A stretch of 64,000 nucleotides of DNA from contig LSRY02000006.1 of NCBI GenBank assembly GCA_001643675.2, positions 1,116,001 to 1,180,000 of the forward strand, written 5' to 3'. The position numbers and the translations under genes are program-made. Source of the stretch: Monocercomonoides exilis PA203. Taxonomy: Eukaryota > Protista > Preaxostyla. Position 1 is the first letter of the stretch, and each line of letters starts with the position of its first letter. Of the stretch, positions 11,651-25,300 are shown in pieces. The notes beneath the pieces are model-generated. The model searched no databases, was not told the DNA's origin, and was given only the letters and a program-made list of their open reading frames with translations.

Positions 11651-14600
11651 TCATTCCTTGTTCTGTTTCTGACTGTCGTTTATTAGCGAATTCATTTGTG
11701 GATTTTCTGATGCTTGTGAAAACGAGCCAGCATAAGAAGACCCTCGATGCTCAGATGGCATAAAAGAGTTCTGCAAAGAAGGCAAAGGCCGAGACCCAAG
11801 CGAAGCAAATGAAGAAGGCATCGGCCGTAGATGAGAAGAGGAGCCTGGGTTTGCTGGAAATGAATAGTCTTCTGGAGACTCAGCAGGCGAAGGTGAGACT
11901 GATGCGTTCTCTTCCACAGACGTCGGGCGAAGCTGAGCTGTTGTTCCAGACGCAGTCAAAAACGAATTGAATGCGGGAATGTCAAATTCGGATGAAACGA
12001 AATTCGCTTCAGAAGGTGCTTCTTCGTTGATGTGATTTGAGTTAGCGAGAGAGAAAGACGAAGGATGATACGAAAAAGCAGAGCCAGCACCAGGGCCAGA
12101 GTTAGTAACAGAACTGGCAGAAGTGAAAGATGTGGGTGAAGAAACAGATGGCAAGAGCAATGACGTGGAGCGAGTAGCAGCAGCTGAAGGAGAAGCAGAA
12201 TCAGAAGCCAAAGGTGTTGTGTCTAAAGGTTCATTTGGGGTCGTATCGTTTGCGGTTACAGATTGTGGAGAAAGCAATGGAATAATTTGCTGGGACCGAA
12301 AAGAAGAAAACATGGAAGAAGAAGAAGAAGAAGACACGGGAGATTGTAAAGGAAGGTTCGCTGCAAGGCGTGACGCAGAAACAGAAGGCGAAGAAGAAGA
12401 AGAAGAAGTGTTGGAAGGATCAAACGAACCAAGAGACGAGAAAGGAGAAGAAGAAGGCGTTGTTAATCCAAGCAGTGTGCGCGAAAGTGGTGGCTTAGGT
12501 GCCAGTTTTGAGGTTCCTGCTTCCATCGAGTTAAACGAGCCTGCGGGAAGAGAAGAAGTCAGCGATATCGGTGAGTTGCTCTGGAGAAGAGAAGAAGAAG
12601 TAATAGAAGTGGAAGAAGAAGAAGCAATAGCAGGTGATGGAGAAGAGTCGCTTGGCGAGTGGAGAGAAAGCGAAGGGAACGGAGGATTGGCGCGGATTGC
12701 GTGTAACGTGGCTGAAGAGCGCAGATTAGATGAAGTGCCGGCAAACGTGCCGAGCGGAAGCAGAAGAGGAGACATGTCTGCCTGGGCAGCGGACTGGAGG
12801 TGTTCCGGTGTGGTTCTTTCGCTGTTGGCTCCTTCGTTCGCAACGAGCGTATCTTTTGCCTCTTCATTTTGGCTTATTTGCCCATCTTCGTTCTTCTTGC
12901 GCTCATTCTCCAAACCACTTTTTTGATTCTTGTTGTTTATTTCTCCGTTTTCGTTTCCATTTCGGTTTCCGTTATTCGTAATGATCTGAAAAGAATCGGA
13001 ATTAAACAGTTCTGAAAAGCTGTTGTGCTTCGAATTGGACGGATTCGCTTTTTTGCATTCCTTCTGCATTTCCTTTCCTGATTCTTTCTCCTTGTTGTTC
13101 TCTTCCTCCATGTTCCAGAGTGGTTTTTCATCTTTGCTTTCTTTTTTCACATCACTGTTTTTCTCATCTGTCGCCTTTCTGTCATTTTCCAAAGCATGTA
13201 TCCGACTCTGGAGCAGCGCCACATACTTGCTGAGACTCGCAAATTCCTCGTTCAGCTTCTGCAGTCTTTGATCTGTGTCTCTTTGTTCTCTCAGCGCTGA
13301 GCGGAGTTTGAGATTCTGCGACGACAAAGTAGAAAGCACCGAAGCAACTTGAAGGGGAGAGCAGAGATGAAGAGCAGTCGAAATGAAAGACATAAGCTGA
13401 GACGAATAAGATTGCATCGGCGCCGCGGAGAAATTGGAGGAGGAAGAAGAGGACGCCGACACATCAGAGTTCATAAGCATGTTCGGGAAGAGGGCTGGTG
13501 ATGATGAGAAGATGGGTGATTGGTATGTGGCAATGAACGACTGCATCAACGAAAGCTGCTGCAGAGGCGAGCCAGAATCGTCTTGGTTCGAGTCGTCGAA
13601 GCCTTCGTTCATAAGAATAGAAATCACAGTCTGAAGCGATTCCAGCGCCTCCTGTTCTTCTTCCTCTTTCTCTTCGGCAGACTTCGAATCCTCGTTTCTG
13701 AGCTGGCCTTGTGACACTTGCGTAATTGCAACTTGCTGAATGGAAGGCGGAAGCGACGAATTGAATGTGTTGCTTAATCCTATTTGTGCACCTGCTGAAG
13801 AATAGCTCTTCGTTGACTGAATCCCTTGCCGTGTTGCAATTGTCGCATCTTCACCATTCGCTTTGCTTTTCAGCACAATCGTGCCATTGACCGCATCGCG
13901 CAGCAGCTCCATTGCCTTCATCAGCAGCAAGCATGCCTCGGCCAGCTCCTTCCGCTGCTTCTGAGTGTTTTCTAACTCCTTCTGCGTCAGCGTCAGCTGC
14001 CTCGACACAAACAGATAGTCGTTGCTCCCTTCGTACTCGTCGTAATAGTCGTCGTTGCTGCCGTATTCTTTGCTGTCGTCTTCGCTGCTCGACGAATTCT
14101 CGCTCTCTTGCTTCGACGACTCGTTCTCTTCCTTCTCAATCTCGTTTTCTTTCACTTTCTCCTCTTCCTCCTCTTGCCTCCTTTTCCTCCTCCTCAGATG
14201 CCTCTGCCTCCGCCTCCTTCTTCTTTCAGTCTCATCTGAGTTGTCAGACAATCCCGCGGTCTGCTCAGAAGGCATTCTGTTTCTTCCTTCTTCGTCTTCG
14301 TTCGTCTCTTCGTTTCCTCCTTCATCCACCCGATTCTGCGAAGCATTGCGAGCCCATCCGCCTCTTTTCCTTCTTCTTCTTGGTCTCTCTGTGTTTCTCC
14401 TTCTTGTCTGAAGCCACAGGCCTTCGCTTTCTGCTTCGCCTTCTCCGCTTATGTACTGATACCCGTTTCTGCTCTTTTCCTTTCCTTCATCTCGAACTGA
14501 GTTGTTCTCCTTCTCATCATTCGCACTGTCGCTCTTATTCTTCTCTTCGTTCTCCTTCACTTCCATCTTCTGTATCTTCTGCCTCAGCGTCTCTGTTGCC

Positions 14601-17600
14601 TGCGCGTGGCAGTTGCGATGCACATTCTGAAGCGTCTCCAACTCCACCCGGATCATCGCCAGCTGCGTCTCCACATCGTTTTTCGCTTCTTTCATTCTCT
14701 TCGCCTCTTCTCTCACTCTCTCCACCTCTTTCTCCACCACAAGCTTCTCCTGAACCAGATCCTCTTTTTCTTCCATTGCTCTCTTGTTCTCCTTCTGCAG
14801 CACCGTCAAGTCGTTTATCAGCTGCGCCACCCTCTTCCTCTCCTCCACCACCTCCCCGCTGGCTTCCTCTTTCTCCTTCTCTGTTCTTTGCAATCTCTGT
14901 TCCCTCTCTGCGATCCTCTTCGTGAGCGAGTCGACGCGGCACTGAGACACATCCAGGTCGTGTGTCGTCTGCAGCAGCTTCCGCTCCATCTCACTCAACT
15001 TCGCCCGCGCCTCGCTCAGCTCCCGCTGTGTGATCTCCAACGACGTCGCCAGCCCAGACGTCTTCGCACTCGCGTTCTTCACATCCGACAGCGCCTTCAG
15101 TTCTTTCTCGCTCATCTGCTCTTTCTCCTTCCGCAGCCGCTGCACCACTTGCATAATCTCACTCAGCTGCTGCTCGGCCTTCGCTGCTCGCCTTCTTTCG
15201 AGGCTGTTCTGCTCTTCCATCTGCTCTCCCCGGCTTTTAAGCAAACTGTTCTCTGCTTTCTCTCCATTCAGCTGCATCACCAGCTCTCCCTTTGCATCTC
15301 TCAGCACTTTGTTCTCTTTCGTCTCTTTCTCCAGTGCTCGTTTCAACTCATCCACATTTCTTTCATATTCTTCACATTTCTTTTCAAGCTCTCCAATTTT
15401 CTCTTTCGCGCTCTCCAGCGCTTTCTTCTGCACGGTCAGCTCTTCCGCCGCCCGCTTCATCGCAATCTTCGCAGCAGCCGTCTCGTTTTCAGTCATTTTC
15501 CTGTCTGACGTGAGTGCCAAGTGGTCCTCCTGCAGCTGGCGGTGCTGCTTCTTCAGCTGGCTGAGCGCCGTCTCTCTTTCGTGCAGCTCCTCCCGCAGCC
15601 GCTGGTTCGCCCGCATCTGCTCTGCCTCTTTCTCCCTCTGCTGCTTCAGCTCCTCGTAGCTCTGCTGCTGGTGGCTGCTCTTCTCCTTGTACGCTGTCTC
15701 CAGCTGCTGCTTCAATGCCTCACTTTCCTTCTCGTGGAGCGTCTGCATCTGCGAAAGCGTCAGAAGCAGCTGGTGTTTGACTGCATCTTCTCTTGCATTG
15801 TGCGTGATGGTGTGGCTAAGCAGCGCCCGGAGGTAGAACGGAAGTGTGAGCGGCTGCGGATTCAGGTCAGAGGAAAGCGAACGAGACGCAAAGGAAGAGA
15901 ATGTTGAGTTAGCAGTAGCGAAATTGGAAGTTAAGCCTGGTTTTTCAGACAGCTCTGATTGAACTGCAGACGAGTCGAATGTGGATGGCATTCCTTTCGA
16001 ACCCAAAAATCGCAGTTTGTCGTTGCTTTCTTCTCCCTTCCAGCTTTCTCTATCCAATTTTTTCTCTTTGTCTTCCTCTCCTTCTGCTTTTATCAGGGAA
16101 TACTTTGCCAAGAAATGCATCGGAGAAAACGAAGAGAACAGTTCAGAAGGCGGCGAGCGAAGCATATTCGATGGAGAAGTAACACTGCCTTGTGTGCGAC
16201 TCAAGAGCGGCGTGGGAATAACTGCTTGGTTTGACGGCATTGTCAATGAGAAGGACGAGTAAGGCACTCCTTCTGTGCCAACAACAGCAGCTGATGCTGC
16301 TGAGTTATTCGCAGACGGAGAAGAAAAAGCTCTTCTGTGTGCTATCGACGCGCCGTTGCTCGCATTCAGCAAGCTCGGAATCGGTTTAATTGAAGAAATG
16401 TCCTTCACAATCGCTGGAGGTGACATGTACAGTGAGATGCTCATCCTTTGCGTCGCATCCAGGAAGTTGTCCATCACCTGCTGCTGCTGAACCAGACTTG
16501 CTGTGCTATTCTGTTGAGTGCTAAATTCATTACATTCATTGTTATGTGAAAAAGAATGTGGCGCTGTTGCAGCAAGCAGCCTCCGCGAATTCGGTGTGCC
16601 TGGGTCAGATGCCAACACAGAAGCGTCCAAGCGCTCCTGTGAATGGAGCGGATAGAGAGGCGGAGACTGACCTTCAGACTGTCTCTGGGAACGTGAATGA
16701 GTCGAAGAATGAGAGCGAGAAAGTGGCGGTGTCGTCAGCGCTGAGTGCGTCCGGCTGTCCAGCGGCGAGCGCGAAGAAGAGTGGCGTGTGATGCTCTGCT
16801 GCTTCGAAGGCGAAAAGGGAGGAATCGACAGCGAAATCGAATCCTGGGCAGGTGGAAGCGCTGTTCGTGGAGTGCGAGAAGGATGTTGGGCGGTGGGTGT
16901 GGAGTGAGGAGAGAAAGAAGAAGAAGCTGAGTTTGAAGATGAACTTGAAGTTGAAGCAGAAAATGAGCCAGAAGCAGGTGCTGCTGAACTGAACGGCATT
17001 CCAGACGTTGCCAGTGCTGATGGCTCAGCTCCTGCAGAAGAAGCCGAAGAGGCTGAAGAAGATGCGAGTGAAGGCGCACCCGATGCAGAAATAGCAAGAA
17101 AAGAGGGAAGATTCACATCCATCTTCACCAAAAGCTCCATCGACTGCACAAAGTCCCTCGTCGACGCAGAGACGTCTTCTATTTCCATTTCGCTCCTCGC
17201 GTTCTTCTCTGCCAAAAGCGCAATCTGCTTCTCCAACTTCTTTTTTTCTTCTTTCATGCCGTCTGCCTCCATCTTCAGCAGTTCGATGTCGTGCCTCAAT
17301 GCCTTCACTTCCTCTGCGTGCTGCTGCTTCTGCTTGCCCAGCTGGTCCTCCTGCGTCTGCTGCAGCGCAGACTCTTCAGCGTGCCTTCTCTCCTCGTCCA
17401 TCCGCGCCTTCTTCTCAATTGCCACTTCAGCCGATTTGCCCCTCAAGTCAGACTGCAGCGATGCAATCTCCTGCTCTTTCTCCTCCAGCAGCTGCGCGTG
17501 CTTCGCCTCCTTGCTCCTCAGGTCCTCTTTGGCCAGCACCTCCCACCGCTCGTCCTTCGCCTTCAGCTCCCGGCGGTGCTTCTCCTCCAGCTCGCTCTTC

Positions 17601-18751
17601 TCTCTCAGCAGCTGAAGCCGCATCTCTCCAACTGCGTCCTCCTTCTCCTCCTTCGCCTTCTCCGCCGCACGCTCTGCGTCGTCCCTCGCCTCCCGCAGCT
17701 TGTGCCGCTCGAGCTCTGCCTGCCGCTCCATCTCTTCGCGCTCCTCAGAAAAGCTCTTCTTCAGAGAGGTGATTTCGCGCTGGTGAGATTCACGTAGCGC
17801 TTGCAGCTCCGCCTGGCACGCACTCCGCACGGAGTCGATCTCCTTTTCAGACTCTGTTGCGTGTGAAGCAAAGGTATCTAAATTGGAATTGGTGGCATGG
17901 AGCATTTGAAAATATGATTAAACAATTTTATCATAATTCTTTTATTAAGTTCAATCTTTATATATATAATTTTGATACCTTTCCATCTCTGTTGAAGAGC
18001 CTCATATTCTGCTGTTTTTTCTCTTATAATTCGATCCTTTTCATTTCGAATGTTTTCGATGATTTCCTTGTATTGTTTTTCTTTCTCTTCCCTGTTACGA
18101 GTTACTTCTTCGATTTGATTTTTCAATTGATTATTATCTTCTATTTTGTTGTTGCATTTCTCTTGAAGTGTAGAAAGTTCAGTTTCTAATTTTTTCTCCT
18201 CTTGTTCTTTTCTGCTAATTATTTCTAATTTTTCTTTGAGTTGAGCTTCTGAAACTTCTAAAGAATCTTTGATTTGGATGTACTCTTCTTCGATCTGTTG
18301 TTTTGATTTAATCAATTGTTCGCAGGCAGTTGAAATACTATCGCATTGTTCAGAAATTGCTTGTAACTCAGAATTTTTTATTGATAGTTGATCACTCAAT
18401 TGTTCGTTTTCACATTTCAAATTGTCTATTTGTTGTTGCGAAGAAAGAGATTGTTGTGTAATTCGTGATATTAATTGTCTTTCTTTTTCACGTTTTTCGT
18501 TAAGTTCAACTTTGACAGATGAAAGAAACTGTGCCAACGTTTGCTGAATGTGAATTAGAAAATTCTTCTCAGATTCAGAAGTTTTCTTGTAGTCATCCAA
18601 TCCTTGCAGCAGTGACAGAGATACTTCTTTTAATTCTATTTTGAACAAACAACATTCGGAAAAATTTGAATTAAATATGATTGATAATTCGATTTAATAT
18701 AAGTATTTTTCAAAGAATGTTGAGAATACCATTTAATGCCTTTTCCGTCAT
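11651..18751 (-). CDS. Very large coiled-coil / Ser-rich low-complexity protein of unknown function, 3 exons
   Basis: ATG at 18751 (MTEKALN|ELKEVSL; intron 18729-18636). A second intron at ~17978-17879 joins the 256-aa and 2084-aa ORFs. Long E/K/Q/L-rich heptad segments. Confidence 0.75.
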
Positions 18752-19086
18752 TAAAATCAGAAGCTAAAAAATCAAAGAAACAGTATCTTGTTATTAAAAT
18801 TTATTTGGAACCAAAATATCCTTGTAATAAAATAAAATCAAATTTCAAAGTTTGAGTTTGACAACTTATGGGAAGAAAAAGAGAAAAAACCAAAACATCC
18901 CAAGAATAAATAAATAAGAAAACAAATATTAAAATTATGTAGAATTTTGCAAGCAATAATCATTGTAAATCGTATTAAAATGGATCTTTGTAGAATTATA
19001 CAAAATGCTTGTCTTTGTTCGCAGATAGCAGCTTCTGCTACAAACAAGAATGGATTCGATTATGTTATCACTTTAAATTATACTCC

Positions 19087-19544
19087 TCAAGATTTTCTGT
19101 GATTCGAAGACAAATCACTTAATATTGAATATATTTTGTACGAATCATTCATGGTACAATAAAGCGTCTGGCTATTGATTTCGAACAAATGATTATAATC
19201 AAAAACTAGCAAAATTATGAAACCTCTGAAACGACATCCAAGTAATATCAACGCCGTAAATAAACCGACCTTCTCCACACCATCCACTCATTCGACAAAA
19301 TGCATCACAACTCACTAAATCTTTTCATTAAATTTCATAATTCTATCTTTTCATATAATTATTGAAAACCTGTCAATGGATACACAATAATATCCTCACT
19401 TTTTTCTGTTTCCAGTTCCAAAGTTTGATGAACCCAATCAATAGTCATTCTCCATTTTTTCGGGAATCCAAAATATCCTGTTTTCCATACTTCAAGATTA
19501 ATGTTTGGGACGTCTTGTACGATTTTATTTTGAGGAAATATCAT
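19087..19544 (-). CDS. Small spliced hypothetical protein
   Basis: ORFs 19359-19544 and 19087-19287 can be linked by GT-AG introns; no recognisable motif. Confidence 0.4.
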
Positions 19545-19647
19545 TTTTCATTGATTTTTACCATAATATTTTTTGTAAATATTTTCTCGCAGAATTATTG
19601 GTTGCAATCGAGATAACATAAATTATTATTAGGTTATTTGATTTTTA

Positions 19648-20842
19648 ATGTTTGTTTCCTCGGAATGTGAACGACAACCTTTTGATAAATCCGATAAAAC
19701 AAAAAATAAATTGAACGCTTTCCATTTTGAAAAAGAGTTTCTTCATAAATTTAATTCAATTGAATCGTTTCCACTGGAAAGAGCTGTATCCAGTTCTGAA
19801 GTTTCTTCAGCGAAGCAAAGTAATTTAAGCGTTACATCGTCGATTTATCCTTATTCATTTGCATTTTCTTCTCTTTATTGCATTCCAACAGCTACCGTTT
19901 CTTTTTTGCCTGTGTTTGTTTCAGCATCTACAAGTGATGTTTCTACGAAAAAAATGAGTGAAAAGCAAAATATTTCTCAAGAAGGTTGGGAATTATGTGA
20001 TGTTGAGAGTAAAAACAGCTTACTTCAGCGTAATACAAAGGAGCACTCATCAAATTTGTTTGAAAATCAGCTTCACGCTGAAAAACCTGCAGAAGATGAT
20101 GAATTTTATGCATTTGATCACTTGGAAATTCAGAAAATTTATCATTCGCAAATACGTTCAAATCAAAATACCACTAAGTTTGCTTCTTCAAATGCGAAAA
20201 GAGAATGTAAATCATCTATTCCTCGTTCTAAGTCATCACTGCGATGTAGTAGAATTGAGAAATCTTCTTCTTTTACTCCTCAATTTGAGTCTGCCCGCCC
20301 TTCGACTTATCACCAGCGCTCTTCATCACATAATCTGATTCGTAGAGTTGTTCTTTCACGTTCTCATGTGAGGCATAGTCCAGTTAAAACATATTCAGAT
20401 CATGTTGAATGCTGGAAAAAACTTCCATTTGTATGTTCTTCCCAATCACCTTGGTTTTCTGGTGCAGCAATATATCGTTCTTCTCCAGTTGATCCAAATC
20501 CAACTGTTCACAGAAAGACACACTTTTTATTTAAATCACCTTCTTCTGCATCATATCCATGCAAAAAAACGGAAACCGTTCGAGAGAAAATTATCAAAAA
20601 TCGAAGAAAAGCACCTTTGCACAAAGAACCTGAATGTGAAATACCAACATTAAAGAGAAGGGACGAACTTATCTGGAAAACGAGGGTTTGCAACTATTTT
20701 ATTTTATATTTTTTCGTTTGTTTAATGAGCAAGAACTGTGAACAATTTGAATTTTTTCCCAAATTATTATGCACTTGTAAATTTTTTATAGGCTAAAATG
20801 AATATATCGCATGCGCTCCTTAATCCTGCAGAAATTGTGTGA
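19648..20842 (+). CDS. Hypothetical protein with a HYLS1-like (centriole/ciliogenesis) C-terminal domain
   Basis: 382-aa ORF plus a short terminal exon after an intron (~20686-20791). RHSPVKTYSDHVECWKK and CEIPTLKRRDELIWKTRAKM resemble HYLS1 C-terminal motifs (recalled, not searched). Confidence 0.5.
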
Positions 20843-21519
20843 AGAAAAGAAAAGAATATTTGATAACAAAGTTTGTTATTTATTTTTTCTTCAAAAGCAT
20901 TTTAAATTGCTAATTGTTAATATTCTGCCTTTATAGATTGATTTATTGCTTTGGAAATAATTAGAAATTTGCATTTTAAAAAGAAAAGAAAAGAAAAATG
21001 AAAAATATTGAATAGGGTGGTTTTTTTATTCCTGAATTTTTTTAATTAGGACAAAATTTAAAATTCAAATATCTCAACAAATATTCAATATTAATTTACA
21101 GCAATTTGCACAGTTGTATATAAACATTCATGACATCTATTCATATTCAAATTATTAATAGCAATGTTGCATATTTTTTGAAATAAAAATTTTTAATTTT
21201 TGATAATCTGACTTTTGATGAATTTTTCTATTTAAATAAAACGATTTTGTCTTTTTTAATTTTCAGTAATTATTTTTTCTATGTAATAAACAATTCTGGT
21301 TATTTTTTATTTTCATCAAGTTGTTCTTTCTAATGGAATGAAAATCTATCATTTTGAAAAATTATTGTTAATGGTACACCTTAAAAAATTTTTTTTCCTA
21401 AAATGCAGGAGCATCTAACCGAAATCAACACTCGCCCTTTTAAATATGATAGTTATATATCTAAATTTTTTTGTAAAGTTCCTTTTGTTCAATTTTCAGG
21501 TGAAAATGAAAATTAAATA

Positions 21520-21915
21520 CAGACATCGCAAAAAATACCGGACATCGCACAAAATACCGGACAAGATCGATTTCTCAATAACCGCAAGAAGAAAATTTCT
21601 GATAATTTTCCTCAAAATATATCTCATCAATACAAACTCATGTGATATACAAGACTTTCAAAACAGCTTCATTTGTGCTCAGAAAAAATTGTTATTAAAT
21701 TCTCGGAGAAACTCAAAATCCTATTTCTCCGAGAATTTAATAACAATTTTTTCTGAGCACAAATGAAGCTGTTTTGAAAGTCTTGTATATCACATGAGTT
21801 TGTATTGATGAGATATATTTTGAGGAAAATTATCAGAAATTTTCTTCTTGCGGTTATTGAGAAATCGATCTTGTCCGGTATTTTGTGCGATGTCCGGTAT
21901 TTTTTGCACAAACTG
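21520..21915. mobile_element. Tc1/pogo-type foldback MITE (396 bp, near-perfect palindrome)
   Basis: TA|CAG...CACAAACTG|TA. Arms are reverse complements (AAAAAATACCGGACATCGCACAAAATACCGGACAAG...) around a short loop at ~21709-21724. Confidence 0.85.
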
Positions 21916-21917
21916 TA

Positions 21918-22050
21918 TTTAAGCTCAAATAAAGATGAAGATGTTTCTAATTTGCTTGTTCACTTTTCAGTGTTCATTTATTTGCATTCAAAAAATAATT
22001 CCGAACCGAAATTTTTATATGAAAAAATGTGATTAGAAAAACAATCACCC
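21918..22050. mobile_element. Right part of a diverged GG-terminal MITE
   Basis: GAACCGAAATTTTTATATGAAAAAATGTGATTAGAAAAACAATCACCC|ATAT aligns with the right end of the 37592-37847 element. Confidence 0.6.
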
Positions 22051-22322
22051 ATATCGAAAAAATGATTATTTGTGATTATTCGAAGGTGTTGGTTGAGTCT
22101 TGAATAACATGAAAAAATTTGATAGAAATTATTGTTTTTTTAAAAAATATCTCCTTTTCATTTTGAAGCGAAGAAAACTTCTTTGAACTCCATATTTTCA
22201 AAAAGGATGTTGAACAAAATGTTGAATAAAGAGAACCACAACGATAAATGGAAGAAATCATTTTGAATTTGTGGATGATTGAGTTTGCAAAAATCGCCCA
22301 TATTAATATAAATCGGATTAAA

Positions 22323-25300
22323 ATGAAGATTTTATTTCTTTTGTTTTTGTCTTTTTTTGTTGGAAGGGCCCAATGCTACGTGTTTGCAAGCATGCACAAT
22401 GTTGATTTGCGTGAAGTGCACAAGGAAAGCGAGATTTTAGCGCCAGGCTCAAATGAACTTTGGAAAATTGAAAAAAGCCAGTTTTTGTGTGGAAAGGAGA
22501 CAGAAAGCGACGCGAGGACTCCACCGGCCGAGAAGGACATTGCGGGGCGACTATGCCACACTTTTATTGCGTCCTGTGTTTCAGCTGATAATTCGTCGAT
22601 AAGTTGCTTGAACATTCGATTCACTTCAGCAGGGGGAAATGCAATTGTGCGGCTATTGGGGCAATCAACGTGTTTTGCAGGAGGCTGCCTGCTTTCATCG
22701 CCAGCACCTTCAGTTGATGCATTTGTTCACTCGTGCGGCGGATTCATTTGCTTTTTCAATTTGTCTTTGATTCCAACTCGATCGAATTGCCTTCTTCCGT
22801 CGTTGGTTTCTGTTCATCAGGCAGGTGCACTTCAAGGTTGCCAAAGCAGGGTTGAGGTCGAGGGCTCAGCTTTTTCGTCTTTTTTGTTGAGCAATTCAAA
22901 GCCGCTTGTCCAATCATCGACTTTTCACTGGGTCTCAGTCCAATCCAGCACCTTCCAGAATATATCGCAGCAACGTCCCGAGAGAAGCACATTTGGCAAA
23001 TATTGCGCGTCATTCGCGCTGTCGTCCTGCATTGTTTCATCTGTGACCAACCCGACCGAAGGCTGCATTGTTCCAAAAGTGTCAGATGGCTCTCTAAATC
23101 TTTTGAACTCGACATTTTTGAGATGCTCCAAAACAATTGGTTTGAAGATTAATCACGCAGGAACAGATGACACGTGCGTTGACAACTGCATATACGAGCA
23201 ATCTTTAGGTACAATTATTGTCCATTCTTCTTCTGGCATTTGCATTGTTAAAAATACAGATTTTCAGAATTCGTCAGTTGAAAGATGTATCTTTGAAAGG
23301 CAAAGCTGCGAAATGCAATCGATAAACAACAGTTTTTGTTTAATATCAACAACTAATTACGGATCATGCTTGGACCTTTGCGAGGGAACAGGTCCTTTAA
23401 CGATCAGAAATAACAACATGACATCTTGCCAATCAAGTTGGGGAGGAGGTTGTTGTCACTTTCATAATGGGTTTTCAGATGTGGATATTCTTTTAGATTG
23501 CTTATTTGGGAATTGTAATATGATAAATAGCTTTTATGAATGCAATGGAGGCGGTGCTATTTGGAATGGGGAAGGAGCTAAAATATCATATTCAAATGTT
23601 GCATTTGAAAATTGTTGTGCCAATGCATCTGTTGGAGGAGCAATATGTTTTGACTCAAGAAATGTTTCTTTGACACATTACAGTTCACTTTCTTATTGCT
23701 TGTTTTTTGGGTGCGATGCGCTTGGAAACGGAAAAGATATTTATGCAGCAAATCCATGGCAGAATGTATTGAATGAGAGTCAATTTGTTCTCTGTTGTAC
23801 AAATAAGCACTTGGAAGCCAATCGTCTAGTTTTTGCAGAGAAAGGGGATAAAAGCAGTTGGATTGGAAAGCTTGGTAACATTTATGCAGACGTCGATGGG
23901 ACGGACACTTTGGGATGCGGATGGGCAAAGTTTCCATGCTTGACGATATTCAACTCTGTTGAGATTGCCGTTGTAGCGAGCAAAGGCACTCCAGTGTACA
24001 TAAATATAGCAACAGGTTCATACGTGGAACGATCACTTACAATAGACTCGAAATTTCTTTCATTTAAAGGATCAAGGGACTTTGGGACAAAGTTGAGTGC
24101 CAATTTTTCGAATACAAAAGCTCTTTTCCAAATATCAACTGGATATGCGTTCCTTGCAGGATTGGTCGTCGTCAGGAACTCTTCCACATCGACTTCTCTG
24201 CCATTGTTCTGGATTTCTTCTGCAACAGGAGAGCTTGTGCTCTGGTCGTGCAAAATAACCGCTGAGCCATCGCAAGCTTCTCCATTCACCACGGCATTTG
24301 CATCGATATCAGCAGGACTCTTGAATGTGTCGAGCACAGCTGTTGAGTCGATGGTATTTTCTGACGTGTCAGCTCTCAGGATGGAGTCGTCGACGCTGGA
24401 CTGCTTCAATTTGGAGAATGCGACTTTCAGGGACGTCACGCGAAAAGAAGGAAGCGGAACAGTTTTTGATATGGACTTGGGGAGTGGGGACGAGCTGAAA
24501 TTGGACGGGGTGTTGTTTGAAAGGTGTGTGTGCAGCAAAGGGAATGGAGGATGTTTGAATTGCATTGTGGAAGCAGGGGGGAGACTGACACTTGGCTCCA
24601 CAAAAAGAATTGAAATGGAGGGATGCACAGTGCCGCAGGACATGTTCAGCGAGGGAAAAGGAGGAGGAATGCATCTGAAACTAGCAGGAAGTTCATCGAG
24701 TTTTGGGATACGCGATGCTGCGTTCGGCGGATGCGAAGCCTGGAAGGGGAACAACATATTTGTTGATGCGGTTTCGTTGAGCTCGTCAATAACGAGGGGC
24801 GCATTCGGGTTCACACAAGCAGGGATGGTTGACGACGATCTGATGGGGTTTGAAGAGCAGTGCAGGACGGAGCCTGTTCCTCTTCTTGCATATCTTCAGA
24901 CCTTTTCTGGAGCAGTGGTTGTTGGGGGAGCGAAAAACAGAGATTTCACAGGTTGCGGCACAGCCAACTATCCATGCGGAAGCATTGGATATGCAGCAGG
25001 ACTTCGATTTCCCAGCGGCAAGAGATTCATCTCGTTGAATGGAGGCTATGAATGGACAGAATATCTGCTCTTTGATGGTTATGGGTGGGAGGTGAAAAGC
25101 CTCACAAGAGGGCGAGAAATAAAAGTGTGGAGTGGGAGTGGCAGCCGGTCTGAAGGAATGGTGACAGTTGAGATTGCATCGCTCATTGCGAACTTGACTT
25201 TTTCAGCATCTGCGCAGCTTGGGGAGCATTCTTGTTTCCTGCTGTGCCAGTCTGAGGAGCTGTCGATGGCTGACTGCTCGCTGAAATGCTCATCGAGTGG

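Noticed and set aside
447-17800. Numerous antisense or overlapping ORFs within Aquarius and the coiled-coil gene (and likewise within the receptor genes)
   Set aside because: Shadow frames of GC-richer, low-complexity coding sequence with no motifs.
21446-22032. Twin ORFs with the same peptide on both strands
   Set aside because: Artefact of the palindromic MITE.
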